64,000 nt of DNA from NCBI GenBank assembly GCA_046563655.1, contig CM102287.1, positions 3,844,001 through 3,908,000 of the forward strand, in the 5' to 3' direction. How positions within the stretch are numbered: the first letter of the stretch is position 1; every line of letters starts with the position of its first letter. The notes beneath the pieces are model-generated. The model ran no database searches. It saw only the letters and a list, made by a program, of their open reading frames with translations, and was not told the origin of the DNA. The position numbers were made by a program, and so were the translations under genes. The DNA is from Yuukianura sp. NJ FZ-2021 (taxonomy: Eukaryota). Below are positions 13,101 through 25,624 of this stretch, in pieces.

Positions 13101-16100
13101 CAAAGCCCCCCACCCTCTCTAACCCCCCACGGCTACTCCTTTTTGAACATAATTTGTTCACCTTTCAAAAAATTACTGAAATCCAAAATTTCAATCCAAG
13201 CTAAACTAAAAAGAAAAAACAACTCAACAAAAACCACAACTCGGTTTTATTTTTTTTAGCCCTGGTACTAATTTTTGCTGAAAAGTTTAATTAAAATAAA
13301 TTTTCTTGGCGTAAATGCCCCTCCATATTTCCATAAAATCAAAAATTTCGTTGAGCACTTTAAACCAAAACCCACATTTAGTTAACCCAAAGCATAACAT
13401 TATCTTCGTTTTTTTTTCGAAACTAAATTCGGCTAGGGTTAAGTTTTCAAATAAAACCCGATTTGGACTCTCCTTTTGTACGCAACAATGGGACTTCAGT
13501 TTCATCTTCATCTCATAACTATTCTTACTATTATTAGTTCCCATCACCTCAAAATCCTTTCAAACCATATTTGAGCATCTCTTCTACCAAATGAAGATGA
13601 GCCAGGGATTAGATGCTACAGACTCCACCGAACGATCCCTAAGTCTTCTTTGTTCATAAATGGGCAGATCCCTTATAAGGGCTCTCTCCACTTTCACACA
13701 AATGGAATCAAAAGAAGACTGTGAGAATTGGACCTAACCCTACCACCAAAACCTTATTTCAAAATTATTCATCTCCAAAACTCTATTTATAGCACTCACA
13801 AAAGTTACAAAAAATTAACCCTCTCCTACGTTCCACTTTTTACACTTTCAACATAACCTATTCAAAAGTTTCTACCTAACATACTTTGTATTACTTATAT
13901 TTAGGGTTAGAGTTTCATTTATGTGTTAAGGGTTTCTTTAACGGGTTAAGGGTTAACGGTTTCATTGAGGGTTTGGGTTAAGGGTTAGGATTAGCCAAAA
14001 TACATCTCAATTGACTAATGCCCCTCCATGAATCCGGTCCCAAATCGTCCTTCTCAATTATTCAGCAACTCAGATTCCGAATTCCCGTGGGTTTCAGTTT
14101 AGAATGAAAGGCGGGTAGGGTTAACGCCTTCCGTGACCTTTGAAACATCATCTCTTTCATGTCCAAAATAGAACCATCTCTGCATCTAATCTCCATCTCA
14201 TCTTCCACAAGAACACAAAACAACAGAGTTCAACACACACACATTAACACAGTCACTTTGTAACGCTCATTAAACCAAACAACCAACTAAATTACTAACA
14301 AACCATTTAGCACATCGTACAATCAACTATTCAGCACACCAAACAATCAGCATTCCACACTCAAGTCAGCACAAGCATCAATTCAACACACAAACACAAT
14401 CAAACTGTGTTTTCACACAAAAAATTCACACCTTCCAAAAACATGATTCGCAAAAAAAGTATGTTCGCACACTTGTGAATTCAAAAAACAACAATTTTTT
14501 TCTCTGCAAAAATCTGACATTATTCACTACTGTTAAAATTTTCAGCACAACATTTTTCTTTTCAAAATCTTGTGTTTTCAAATTCATGATTCAAATGTTT
14601 CTTTGTTTTCATTTTTTGTCTTTAGCATTATTCCCAGCACCCAAAAATTCCCATGCCTCAAAATCTTCTATTTTTTGTCTAATTCAAACATATCCACAAA
14701 AACAGCACCTTACAATTGTTTAGGATGAAAAATCATGATAAACCTAAACCTTAAGAAGGAAAAGGAATTGTAACTTTTCAAATAACGTTTTCAAATGAAC
14801 AAAAAAAAACTAAAATTGAGAAGTAGAAGCAGGAGTTCCGCTTCAGAAAATTCACACACAACACTGGATCCAAAATAATACCCAAAAATAGGGCCTATCA
14901 TCCTCATCCGCATCCCAAAGAATTATATCAAACAAAAAGAGAAGAAAAAGACAAGGCATCACTACCACTCCATAAAAAAACAAAAAACCCCGAAACCTTT
15001 TCTAACTTGAACAATTCACATCCAGATTCATCCCTTGTGAGAAAAATCAAGAAAAAGACACACAATTGAATCTTCCCCCCAAAATTTCCATTTTCTAAAA
15101 CCAAAAGTCTCTCCCTTCCACGGTAGAAGTTCCACCATAGTTTACAAACCGTGAGATCACAAGTCCAAAGTCATCTTCAAACTTACAGATTCAGCATTCA
15201 CCCTAAACTTCTACTAAAATCTTGTCTCAGCACCCTACCCTATGTGTCACCACTATTACCCAATGTTACACCACTGTTACACAGTTACACTTTACAACTG
15301 TAACTGTAACAGTAGTTTCGAAATTCAAAACCAAAATCCCGTTCCTCTCGAATAGCCAACGGTTGCATCAAGCAAGACGCGTCACGACTTACGAAACATC
15401 TCCAATGTCTATTTTTACATAAACGCATTTCATCCCTCTTGTCTAACTTTAAACTTTCAAAGCACGCACAAAACTTCCCGCTTCCAACATCGCATTCTAC
15501 TTAACACAAATTAAAAAAAAATTAATTTAAAAAAATCAAAATTTTATTTGAGGAAATATTTAAAAAATTAAATTGCAATTTTGACCAGTAGATTCAAATT
15601 GTAAAGTTTTCTGACTGTAGCATCATACCGGAAATTCGACAAAGTTAAGTAAAAATTCTACAAACTACGGCCAGACTTAAGGGCCCTCCGTGTAAAGGGG
15701 CCCCTTTAAGGGTCCGACTTTAATTTCCTTTAACATGCTATCCCTTAATCAAAGATTGACTTTTTCCAAAAAAAAAAATTCCCGCCTTTACAAATAACCT
15801 CAAAAGTACCCTTCGTGTGCATTATATCCTAAATTACTCTATTGGACGAATTGCCAAGATCAGTTCCAATCTTTCATCTCGTAATTCTAGTTACTCCCTT
15901 CAAGGGCCCCCCGATTCCTTTACTTACTCCATCCAAGGGCCCTCTGATTCTACTATAACTGTACATGTCCTTTGCATCTCGGACCTACCACATTATCTCC
16001 AGTTTCATTTCCTTCCAAAAATAGACTAGGGGAGCCCTTAGCATATGCTAAGGGTTCCCGTCAGGTGAGAAATAGTTTGAAACCAGCTCCATCCCCCCTA

Positions 16101-19100
16101 TACTCCACTTCCTTTCAGTTTCAACCGGCAAAGGGCCCAGGGCCCTTCTTCCTTTATCAAATTAACTACATCCTCTCTGCTCTGCCTTGATGATGATGAG
16201 CTCATCAAACATTAGCACTTCCAGCGACAGCAGTATCCTTCTCCCCACCCTCAAGGGATACCTCCATATGGCATCCAAGGGCCCCCCTTCAAGGGCCACT
16301 GGGTTCGACACCATGGCAAAAATAGTACAACAGTCGCAGACTGGAAATGAAACTATGACCTCCTGTCCATGTCCACTTCCTTCCAAAAACATAAGGTACT
16401 TGCATACTCTTACCAAAACATAGGGTACCTTGAAGTACCCTTCCAATTTACAAGTACCCACCTTCATGTAAATGCAAGTCAATAGCCAAGTGACTTCTTG
16501 GACATGAGAGGACTTCAAAACAACAAAAAGTACTCCCTCACTTCCTCCCGACAAAGGACTCCTCATGTTCGGTGAGACTTGAAGAATAAGAAAGCCAAGG
16601 GTTGAAGGGTGGGTGGGGTTCGGTGGGGGTACTTAAGGGCTAGGCTCATTATGCCGTCTTCCCTGGTGGGAAAGTGAGCAGAGTGAGCCCTCAAGGGTCA
16701 CAAGGTCACTTCTTTAAAACTTCACACAAAACCCAACAACAATCAAAACCAAAATAGAGAAATAACATCAACCATAAAACCATCAGGTGGGAACCACTTT
16801 CCGTCTCAATTTTACTTCAAAAACAACAACAACCATCCAGTTTTCAAAAACAACTTTTTCACAAATTTTGACAACTTTCAAAAAATAATCTCAAAAACAA
16901 CCTAATTTTAAATAAAAGTCAAATCAGTTCTCAGTATCTGAACAGATAGCGAAATAGCTAAGAAAAATCCTTCAACAATTCCAAACTATGGAGGGGCATC
17001 TCTGACACAATAATTTTTTTTTCAAAGAAAAAATATTAAAATCTCTGCATCATTTTTCTGCCTAAAATTGCTCATTTGCTTCCAAAAAACAACACAAACT
17101 GCTCCTGACGTGAGTCAAAAGTGTGAAATGTTAAGTTAGTGAGAGACCTCAAGCTTTTTTTTTTTGTTCAAGATTTATGATTTCTTCTTAACTTAAAAAA
17201 ATGCTGCTGTCTCAAGTCTGTTCATATCCCTTCAATCTCCATCTGTACACAAACCTCATTCTCCAACAATGGAAATTATTCAACAATCCAAAGAGAGAAT
17301 TTTATGACCAACTTGAGCTTCAGACGAGAAGACTTCAAAACAACTTTAAAAAAAGTCAAAGTAAAAAAAACGTTAAGGTAAGTAGCCTTGTTGTGAATCG
17401 CTTACCAAATGTCTGTACTCATCAAAGTCACACTCCCATTAAGGTGAGGTGGTTCAAGAAGCACAACAATGCTCACTTTAAACAATTCCAAAATGCCCAA
17501 CTCTAGTAGTCATGATGCCCAACTCTAAAACATAACAATGCCTCGGCTCAAGACCTTAACACCAATTAAACATTAGTAACCACTTCATCCTGTCTCAATT
17601 CTCACACAACAATGGATCCAACAACCGAAACGGAAATATCTAATTAAATTTCTTCTCTTCTCCAAATTACTCAAAAAAAATTATAATTCTTACAATTCCA
17701 ACTTTATGTCTAATCTAACATCAAAAAATTTCAACTTTGTTCCAGCTATTGTTATAATTAAAGACAAATCCTAATTTGGGAGAAAAAAAAATCACTGGTC
17801 CACATCTCCCCCCATATCAAAATTTTCTTTAAAAAAAAAACGGCGTCAGCCTATTTTTGACGCACAAAATAACGCGTCTAAAATTTTCACGACTGATAAA
17901 ACGTAAATCGAAAACACGAGAATTTTTCCAAAAACAAAGCAAACGTGAATTTTATGAGAACAAGAAAAGTGACGTGAACTTTTCCGTGATTAGAAAAGTG
18001 ACATGAACGTGACCTTTTTTGTGAACAGAGCCAAGAAAATGATGTGAACATGAAACTAAATTCTTGTTTCTTGAATCTGAATGAGAAAATAGGACCCTTG
18101 AGGACCAAAATTCTTTACAGTCTGGGATTCTGGAAGATGTTTAAGAGTTTAAGGGCTCGTTTTTTTCTCTTTTCCAGTTCCAGCATACCGGTTTTGGATA
18201 AAAATTCCTTCAGAGGAGATGTTTAGTTCCCATCCCGATTATTTTGATTTCATAAACACTGGCGGGAAGAGATTAAAAATCTCTCTATTTTTTTCAAAAA
18301 CTTACCCAAGTCATCTCTCGTTGATGAAATCAGTGGCGAGTCTTCACTCAATGGAATCTTGCGCTTCTGGACATGAGAACAACAAGAACGGCGCTGACTT
18401 GGTCCTTCAACTTCTTCTTCACTTCTACCATTGATTACCTAATTTTTTCAAAAAAAGAATCAAAAACTGTTTCAAAATTTCAAAAATTTAGTAAAAAATT
18501 ACCTTTGGGTCAAAGCTAAAGGCAACTTCAAGGCGTAGAGGACAACTCAGTCCACATTTGCACGTTCCGTCTGACGTGATGTAGTTTCGCACCTCTTCCA
18601 CCGATCGCAGTTTCGTTTCACTCGGACTAAAATTTCAAAAAAAGCAAACATTAAATTTCAAAAAAAAATATTTCTTTTTTTTTTCAAAACCATATTTTTA
18701 GCCATCACTCGATCAGCCACCATAGCATAATTTCCTTTAACAGCCTAAAAACACAGTATCGAGTCACGACCTACTTGGAATTTCCTATTGTCATCCTCGT
18801 GATACCGAGACATGCACTTTACTCAACATTCGAAAAAGAAGATCCATGTTTAATCTCATCCTAAATTTGAATCTCCCTCTCCCGCCTACAATTAAAGTAG
18901 CCCTTAAGAAATAATCTTAAGGAGAGACAGCAGGTCAATAAAAATAACCCCAAATAACGTTTTGTAGACATGGCAACGACTGAGAATTGAAAAATCCCAC
19001 ATTACGTAATCATGCAAAACCCGGACGGGTGGATTCTTTACGATTGAAATTTTGTACAACTCATGCTAACTCGCGAATCACTGCGTAAAATTTCAAATTT

Positions 19101-22100
19101 GAGAACCATTCGCGGTTTTTCTAAATAGGCATGGCGAAGTGGGTGAGCCATTTCTTAGCCTCCATTCTCAGGTTGCCCCAACTCTTAGTGACGTAATACG
19201 AAATTGTAAATTGTAAACAAGAAATTCGTCAACTCTGACCCAATCTTGTGGTGCATTTCCTGTATGATTGGTTAGGCGCTCAAAAAATTACGACCACACT
19301 TTTCGCATTAGCATACGCTGCTCCACGTCCCGAGAGTTTGCTATTTAACGAATCTTCAACCGTTTTGCCGTACGAAGCAAAAGAAGGCAGAAATCCGAGG
19401 ATTTCTGAATCGTCTTCCAGAAAACCTATGTTTTCTGGAGGAATGGTCCTGTTTTGGTCCGATAGCAAACTCTCGGGATGTTGAGCAGCGTATGCTAATG
19501 CGAAAAGTGTGGTCGTAGTTTTTTTAGCGACTAACCAATCAGGAAATAAATGCACCAAAAGTCTTATGTGAAATCGCGTATAAGTGAATCTGTCCATCCT
19601 AATCTTAAGTCACTGCTTATTTCTCCATTTCCATCGTACATTTACTATTTCTCATCCCATTTACATTCAGAAGAGATCTGTTCTGACAATGGCATGGCAA
19701 GATCAAATCAACATTTCATCTTTTCATCTTCCAAAAAATGACCACCCACAAAAACTCCATTCCTCAAAACCTCCCTATTTACTACAATGAGACCAACAAA
19801 GTGGAATTAACGACCACATCCAACAACTCAACTGGCTACAAACTACCCAATTAAACTAATTAATACCACAATCCATAAAATAACTTCAAAATACAGGAGT
19901 CCACCAGTTATAGAAACTGACCCTCCCACTCTTTCTCCTTCCCCTTCTACCCCGAAATTCCGATGAGTGGAGGGAAAAAAGTAAACACCTTTGCTCTGTA
20001 TGTCCAATCTCAATCTCAAAACAACTTTCTTGCACACCAATTGAAGTATTACGGTAACGGTGGGAGGAGAATAGAGGAGTGAGCCAATCAGAGCGAGTTT
20101 CTAAAACTGGTGGACTCCTGTAACACAAAACTTCAAAATTTTAGAAATTTTGAAAGAAAAACAACAGAACAAAAAAAGAACATACTAAAAAAAACATAAA
20201 CAAAGAACATTTCTTTCCGTCGTTCGGATTTTTTTTTATATAAAAATTTCCAGACTATGGAGGGGCATTCACTACTCAAATTTTTCATTGTTTAAATTTC
20301 GAAAAATAATTATTTCGCAGTCTTATTAACTCCAATATTTTTTACATTTTATTTGTATATTTTAGTTTTATATTTTGATACTTTTGGTTGAACTTTTTTT
20401 TGTACATTTTTTTTTATATAAAACAAGTATGTTTTAATACATACCAGAACATATTTTATAACAAAGCGGCCCATTATCCTTGCATGTCAGTGCACTTTGA
20501 ACAATGCAACACTTCATCTCTCTTTTGACTTCACTCCATTATTCTCCCAAAATCACAACAAACCCAAAGCTCTGCCCATTTTCATTCTGTTTTGGAGCTT
20601 AGACTAAAAAGCTCCGCTGCAAAGCTTCAGTTGCATCAACTCTAAATATGCAACCATATAGCTGCAACTTCTCCTGCAACTTTTATACCTTCTTCCAATC
20701 ATATTCATCCACTTATAATCATCTTCCCTGGGCAAGAGTTGCCGAGCCCATTCAAACCCCTATTAAATTCCACCATCATCTCCATCCATTGTCTAAAAAC
20801 CAAAAACACGCAGCATCTCATCTTTTTTTTCTTCATCTCTGCTCTCAAGAAAAACAAAGTTTTCTTTTCTAATCAACTTTCCAAAGCATAAAACCAGCCT
20901 TTTGTTCACTTCTAATTTGATTTAAAGCCCATCCACCACTTAAACCTCCCTTTAACCCATCATCCTTAACACGCCAAAATCTCCCAAGTCATTATTACCC
21001 CCAAAACGGCTTAAACGGCTCATGCTAAAATCCAATCTCCAATGAGTCATTTACCTTTTATACACGTGCCAAAGGGGGCCTTGAATCCTACACTCCGTTT
21101 TTGAAATTTGAATCATACCGGGCTTTTTCCGAGCAGATAACAATCAAAATCCAATTCTAATCAACACACTCTCTCTTACTATTCTGCCTAATAACACAGT
21201 TCAAATATTAATAAAACCAGGGAACTACCAGGTGAAAGGTCAAAAAAATAAAAATCAACACGCGTTTCCTACTTCCCCCACCATAGTCCAAATTTTAAAA
21301 ACTCTCAAAAGCACAACGCACAAAACAGGAAACTCAAAAACATAATTTTTTGTTTCTGTTTTAAAAAATGAATTTTTAAAAACTGTCTAATTTCGACTGA
21401 TGTAGAAAAGAGATATGATTTGCGTGAGAATGATCAAGGGGTCAATTTGAACCTAAAAACATAAATTAATTGACTACTTTTCCCTTGGGAGCGCTTTTTA
21501 AAAAAAAACTAAAAAGAGGAAGTGACATGACATTCAATTTTTGGACTTTCTGGAAGAGTGACGAGGGAGGGAGAAAGTAAATTAATTGACATGACAGGAA
21601 GTATACAGTCACCAGGCGGGTCAATAATTTCATCATAATTTTCAAAAAAACATAAAATCAATAACTCAAATCCTACTTTTCAAAAACTGAAAAGAGATCA
21701 ATTGCCAAATCATATTTTTCAAAAATTCAAAAAAAAATTCAATTGTCAAATCTTAGCTGTCAAAACGAGAATTTTAAGTTTTTAATAACTTTTCTCTAAA
21801 TTGTATTTTATTTTGCACAAAAAAATTTTTTCTCTAGTTTGCAAAAAAATGTATAGAAAACACAATTTTAATTACTTGGGAGTTATTCAAAATTTTGAAA
21901 CGCAAAAAATTGTTTTTAGCACCAGACATCAACTCAACTTTATAAAAAAAATATGAAAGAATGGAACCACTTTGTACTTTTTAGTCTCAATTTTATGACC
22001 CCTTCAAAACGTAATTGTGCAACTCAAAAGTAGTAAACTTTTGAAAGCAGAAGTTGCATTTCAGTTGCACAAAAACATCAACGCAGTGTCGTTGTTAAAT

Positions 22101-25100
22101 GTTGAGTAAGATGAAACGTGCTGATGAGAAAATTGCATTTTGTCATAAAAACGCATTTTGTACTCACTCAAAGTGAACAAGAAGGGGTGGAAAATTCTTA
22201 CTCACAGCTCAAACTTTTAGGTACAAATCAAATCAAACTTTGCATGTTCAGAATATTTTCAAAAACTCAAATCTATTTCCGTCAGCCTTTTTTTAAAAAG
22301 TTGAACACTACCGCGTGTGTTTTTTTAAATTCTAAAAATGGTAAGGGTGATAAACTGAGTGCAAGCAACGCATATTCTGATTCCGTTTTAAAAGATTCAA
22401 GTCCCCGATAAAAACAGAAAACCAAAGGCGTGTATTTGTGTACACACAAAAACACGTATGCGTGTAACCGTGTTTTTCTAAGTATAACTTAAGAGACGGA
22501 TTCCATCTAGACATGCAATCACCACCACAAAAGAGTCCAACTTAAGCACGAGCTTATTACCGATTTCAATTCACGCCCAGACGCTAAAGTCAACCACAAA
22601 CAAACCGATTTTGGAACAACATTTTTCCAAAACGATTTTTTGAAAATTCAAAAAATTTATCTCACAAGCCAAATCTTCTCACGCCTTTTGGCTTCTTCTC
22701 GATTTCTGTTCAAACAAACTCTTTCACCTCGACCTGAATGTTCTAAATTTGAAATCTACATTTTTGAAACCCGAAAATAGATTGTACAAACTGTTTTAAA
22801 AATGTGAAAATGTGGATCCTCAAACATTCAAACTTTCAAGCAACACAATTAGCGTCAAAGTTCCAACTTTTTTCTTTTGGTTCATGTGAAAAGATAAATT
22901 TTGTGCCAATAAATCCTTCACTTTGTCTACCCACAGTTGCATTTCCAGTTTTCAGTTTCCTTGAACCAAAAAAAAACTACGAAAAAAAAGTACTAACTGC
23001 AGCACGAACTGCATTTTCAGCGTTTTCGAGTGTACTACAAGCAGCGCTTTTAAGTGCATGCCAAAAACTATTTTGGAAAACGAAGGGTGAAAAGATTTCA
23101 AAATGTCACAAGTAATTCTAAAAATACGACTGAACATCCACTGAAAATCTGTACAACACAAAAACGAAGTTACTTTTACGTTTGTTTTTCAAACGAAACC
23201 CATTTTTCAATTTTAGTCGACATTTCTAAAGCTCACTGCCGAATAAAAATTTTTCTTCCAAAATCCGCGTCGAAATTCAAAAAAATAAGTTAACTGCAGC
23301 ATGAGCCAGTCAAAAAAAAATATAGTGTTAAGTATGCAAAAAAAAAAAGACGAAGTATGTAGTAAATTAGTAAAAAAAAAATAGATTTCACGGCGCGAAA
23401 AATCGACGCCGCGAAAATCAAAATTCAACAACTCTCACCTGAGGTAAAAGACGAATCCCGTCGAATTATTTGTTGACGACGACGCTGACGCTGAAACGAT
23501 TTCACGACGCCATCCGCGCGGAACTTGAATTTCAGCTGGACGCGAACTGTTAGCTGGCACCATCACTGTCCCACTCGTGTTGACCTCTACAACGTCCTTG
23601 TCAGTTTCACTGTAAGATCGTTTCACTCCCTTCAGAGAACTTGGGGAACACGGTGACCTTGACCTCTGACCTTTATCCAGCGACAAGGTCACAGGAGCAC
23701 TACAGTTGGAATGCGGCCTGGGGCGATGATGCTGTCTACTGCTAATACTGCTCAGTCCACTCAAACTGTCTTGATCATCCAGATCTTTGTTGTCCGGTTG
23801 ACCTTGACTTGCCCCAGAAATCAGCTGATTGTCCCCCGCCGGTTCAAGGTCACTCCCTCTCGGTCCAGGAGAGTCAAAAGTGTTCAAAGCAATGCTGTCA
23901 AAGAGCGTTAGGCTGCTGTTGCTCAGTTCCGGATCTTCACTGCTAAAAAGTTTCGACTGATCGCTGGACACTTCACGTCGGTCGTCATTTGCGGTTAGCT
24001 GATCGTCATGCTCTCGGCTCTTCTCGGTAGAGGTCGTGACACTTTGTATTTCTTTTTTCAATTCTTCCTCAAGGTCACTCATGTTGTCATCATCACCGTC
24101 ACTTTCATTAGAGTCTACTGATGGCGGGAAACTGGATTTCGGTGATCCTGCTGGTGAAGATGACGACGACGAACCGGTTCCAGACTCATCTGATTCGTCA
24201 TCTTCCGTTCCAGGATCTTCTTCAGCTTCATCTTCTTCTTCGTTTAAACTTTCTGGAACTTCAACTGAAGCAACCGGATTAGTTTTTCTCCTGTCAGGCT
24301 GGAACAGGTCAGGAGAACTGGACGCAACAGGTACATTTGTAGTGGGGTCAGCCAGGGTGGAGTAGTGACCTTGACCTCTGTGGTAACCCGCACAGTCATA
24401 ATTTCTCGAATAAGACAAACTCTGACTCCGTTGTTTCACGCCTTGTTTCTTATAATGTCCTTCGTCATATGAACAGGAAGGCTGAATAGGTGGAGTCAGC
24501 GTGCCATGGACAGGAACACTTTCACAGTGTCTCGTTAGACCTAGTGATGAAGGTGACGACGGTTGGCCTTGACGAGAATACTGCCCCCCACTACCATAAA
24601 AGTACTGCTCAGTCTCTTCTGTCGTCACTGGAGGCGGCCACGGTGGGGCTATCACGGTTTCTCTTTTGACATGTCCAGAACTCCGAGTTCCAGCAGCATA
24701 GCCGTATTTAAAATCACTTCCTTCTGAGCCACCAGCCACGAGTGAATCGATTGAATTCCTCCTTGGAGTACTGGCAGCTTGTCCTTGAAGGTGGGACGAA
24801 GAGGTGGAATGTTGATGAAACTCTAGAGGAGTAGAGACGTGATGGTGACCATAAGATGGACAGGTTGACGAGAGACGATTGGATGCTGGCGGACCAGTGA
24901 AGTAGTCCCCACCGCCCCCAGCACATCCACTATTACTGTTAAAGTTCATTCGAGAATAGTCGTGTCCTTGGAATTCAGTGTACTGGTGATGGTGATGCTG
25001 AGTTTCATAAAAATTGGCATTCACAAGTCCACCACTGGCGTAAAAGTTCATATGACTTGGAGTGGGATCGTCACCGAAACGTCTGCTTTGACTTTTGGAG

Positions 25101-25624
25101 CCACCATGGTCAAAAGGAAACTCTGGTGGGGCAGAATGCTGATGCTGATGGTAGTAGTCAGGACGTGGGTCACTTGAGTTATAGTAGGAGCAGGGTGACG
25201 GGGTATTATTTGGAGAGTAGTTTAGACGAACAGGTTGAGCCACCTCGGTGGTGGCTCCATGTGATGCTGCTGGTGGCTCGGTGGGGTAAAATGACTGTTG
25301 GAGGTAATTGTGAGGAGAAGCACCATGGTTAGACGACGAGGGAGAACAGTTATCAAGAGAACCACCAACACTTATTACGTTGTTGTGATGATGATGATTT
25401 TGGTGGAGCTTGCCCCACCCGGAAGACGGATGCTGCTGGTGGGACTGCATTGGGTGGTCAGCCATACCACTGCAGTCCTCCATATATGATCCTCCATTGT
25501 CAGCCCTTGACAGTCCACCACACTTTGACTCTGTTGAGGGTGGAGGTGTTGGATAAGGACTAAGATGCTGCTGATGGTGGAGGTAGTGATGCTGCTGGTG
25601 ATGTTGATGCGGGTTTGAATTCAT
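7113..25624 (-). CDS. MBD5/MBD6-family methyl-CpG-binding-domain-like protein (Drosophila sba-like); exons ~25624-23439, 18626-18503, 18438-18306, 9797-9526, 9449-7113
   Basis: Splicing joins VPRGWRREIV...GFVFYL to SPSETKLRSVEEVRNYITSDGTCKCGLSCPLRLEVAFSFDP, the MBD5/6-type MBD with its TCKCGL-CPL signature. All junctions are GT-AG and phase-consistent, though the 9525 donor (GTTGCT) is weak. The rest is His/Ser/Gln/Pro-rich low complexity with a PKKKKKR NLS-like run. Confidence 0.85.
10005..10325. repeat. Intronic minisatellite, ~27 bp unit (AAAATATCGGTATCAGTAAAAAGTCA-like)
   Basis: About 10 degenerate copies of caaaatatc...tatcag(t/c)aaaaagt. Confidence 0.8.
19245..19561. mobile_element. 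MITE-like/foldback element with ~100 bp inverted arms, inside the intron that splits the MBD
   Basis: Left arm 19245-19344 (tggtgcattt...cgaccacacttttcgcattagcatacgctgctc...cccgagagtttgctat) is the reverse complement of right arm 19462-19561, with a ~117 bp spacer. No transposase ORF and no clear target-site duplication. Confidence 0.65.

Noticed and set aside
13900..13995. TTAGG/TTAGGG-like words resembling an interstitial telomere
   Set aside because: Too few and too degenerate to form a tandem array.
16039..16050. Palindrome core TAGCATATGCTA matches the EBNA1 binding-site core
   Set aside because: A single 12-mer with no viral context in an invertebrate-like genome; most likely coincidence.
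19248..19597. Mutually similar ORFs on opposite strands
   Set aside because: A consequence of the inverted repeat; no transposase similarity.
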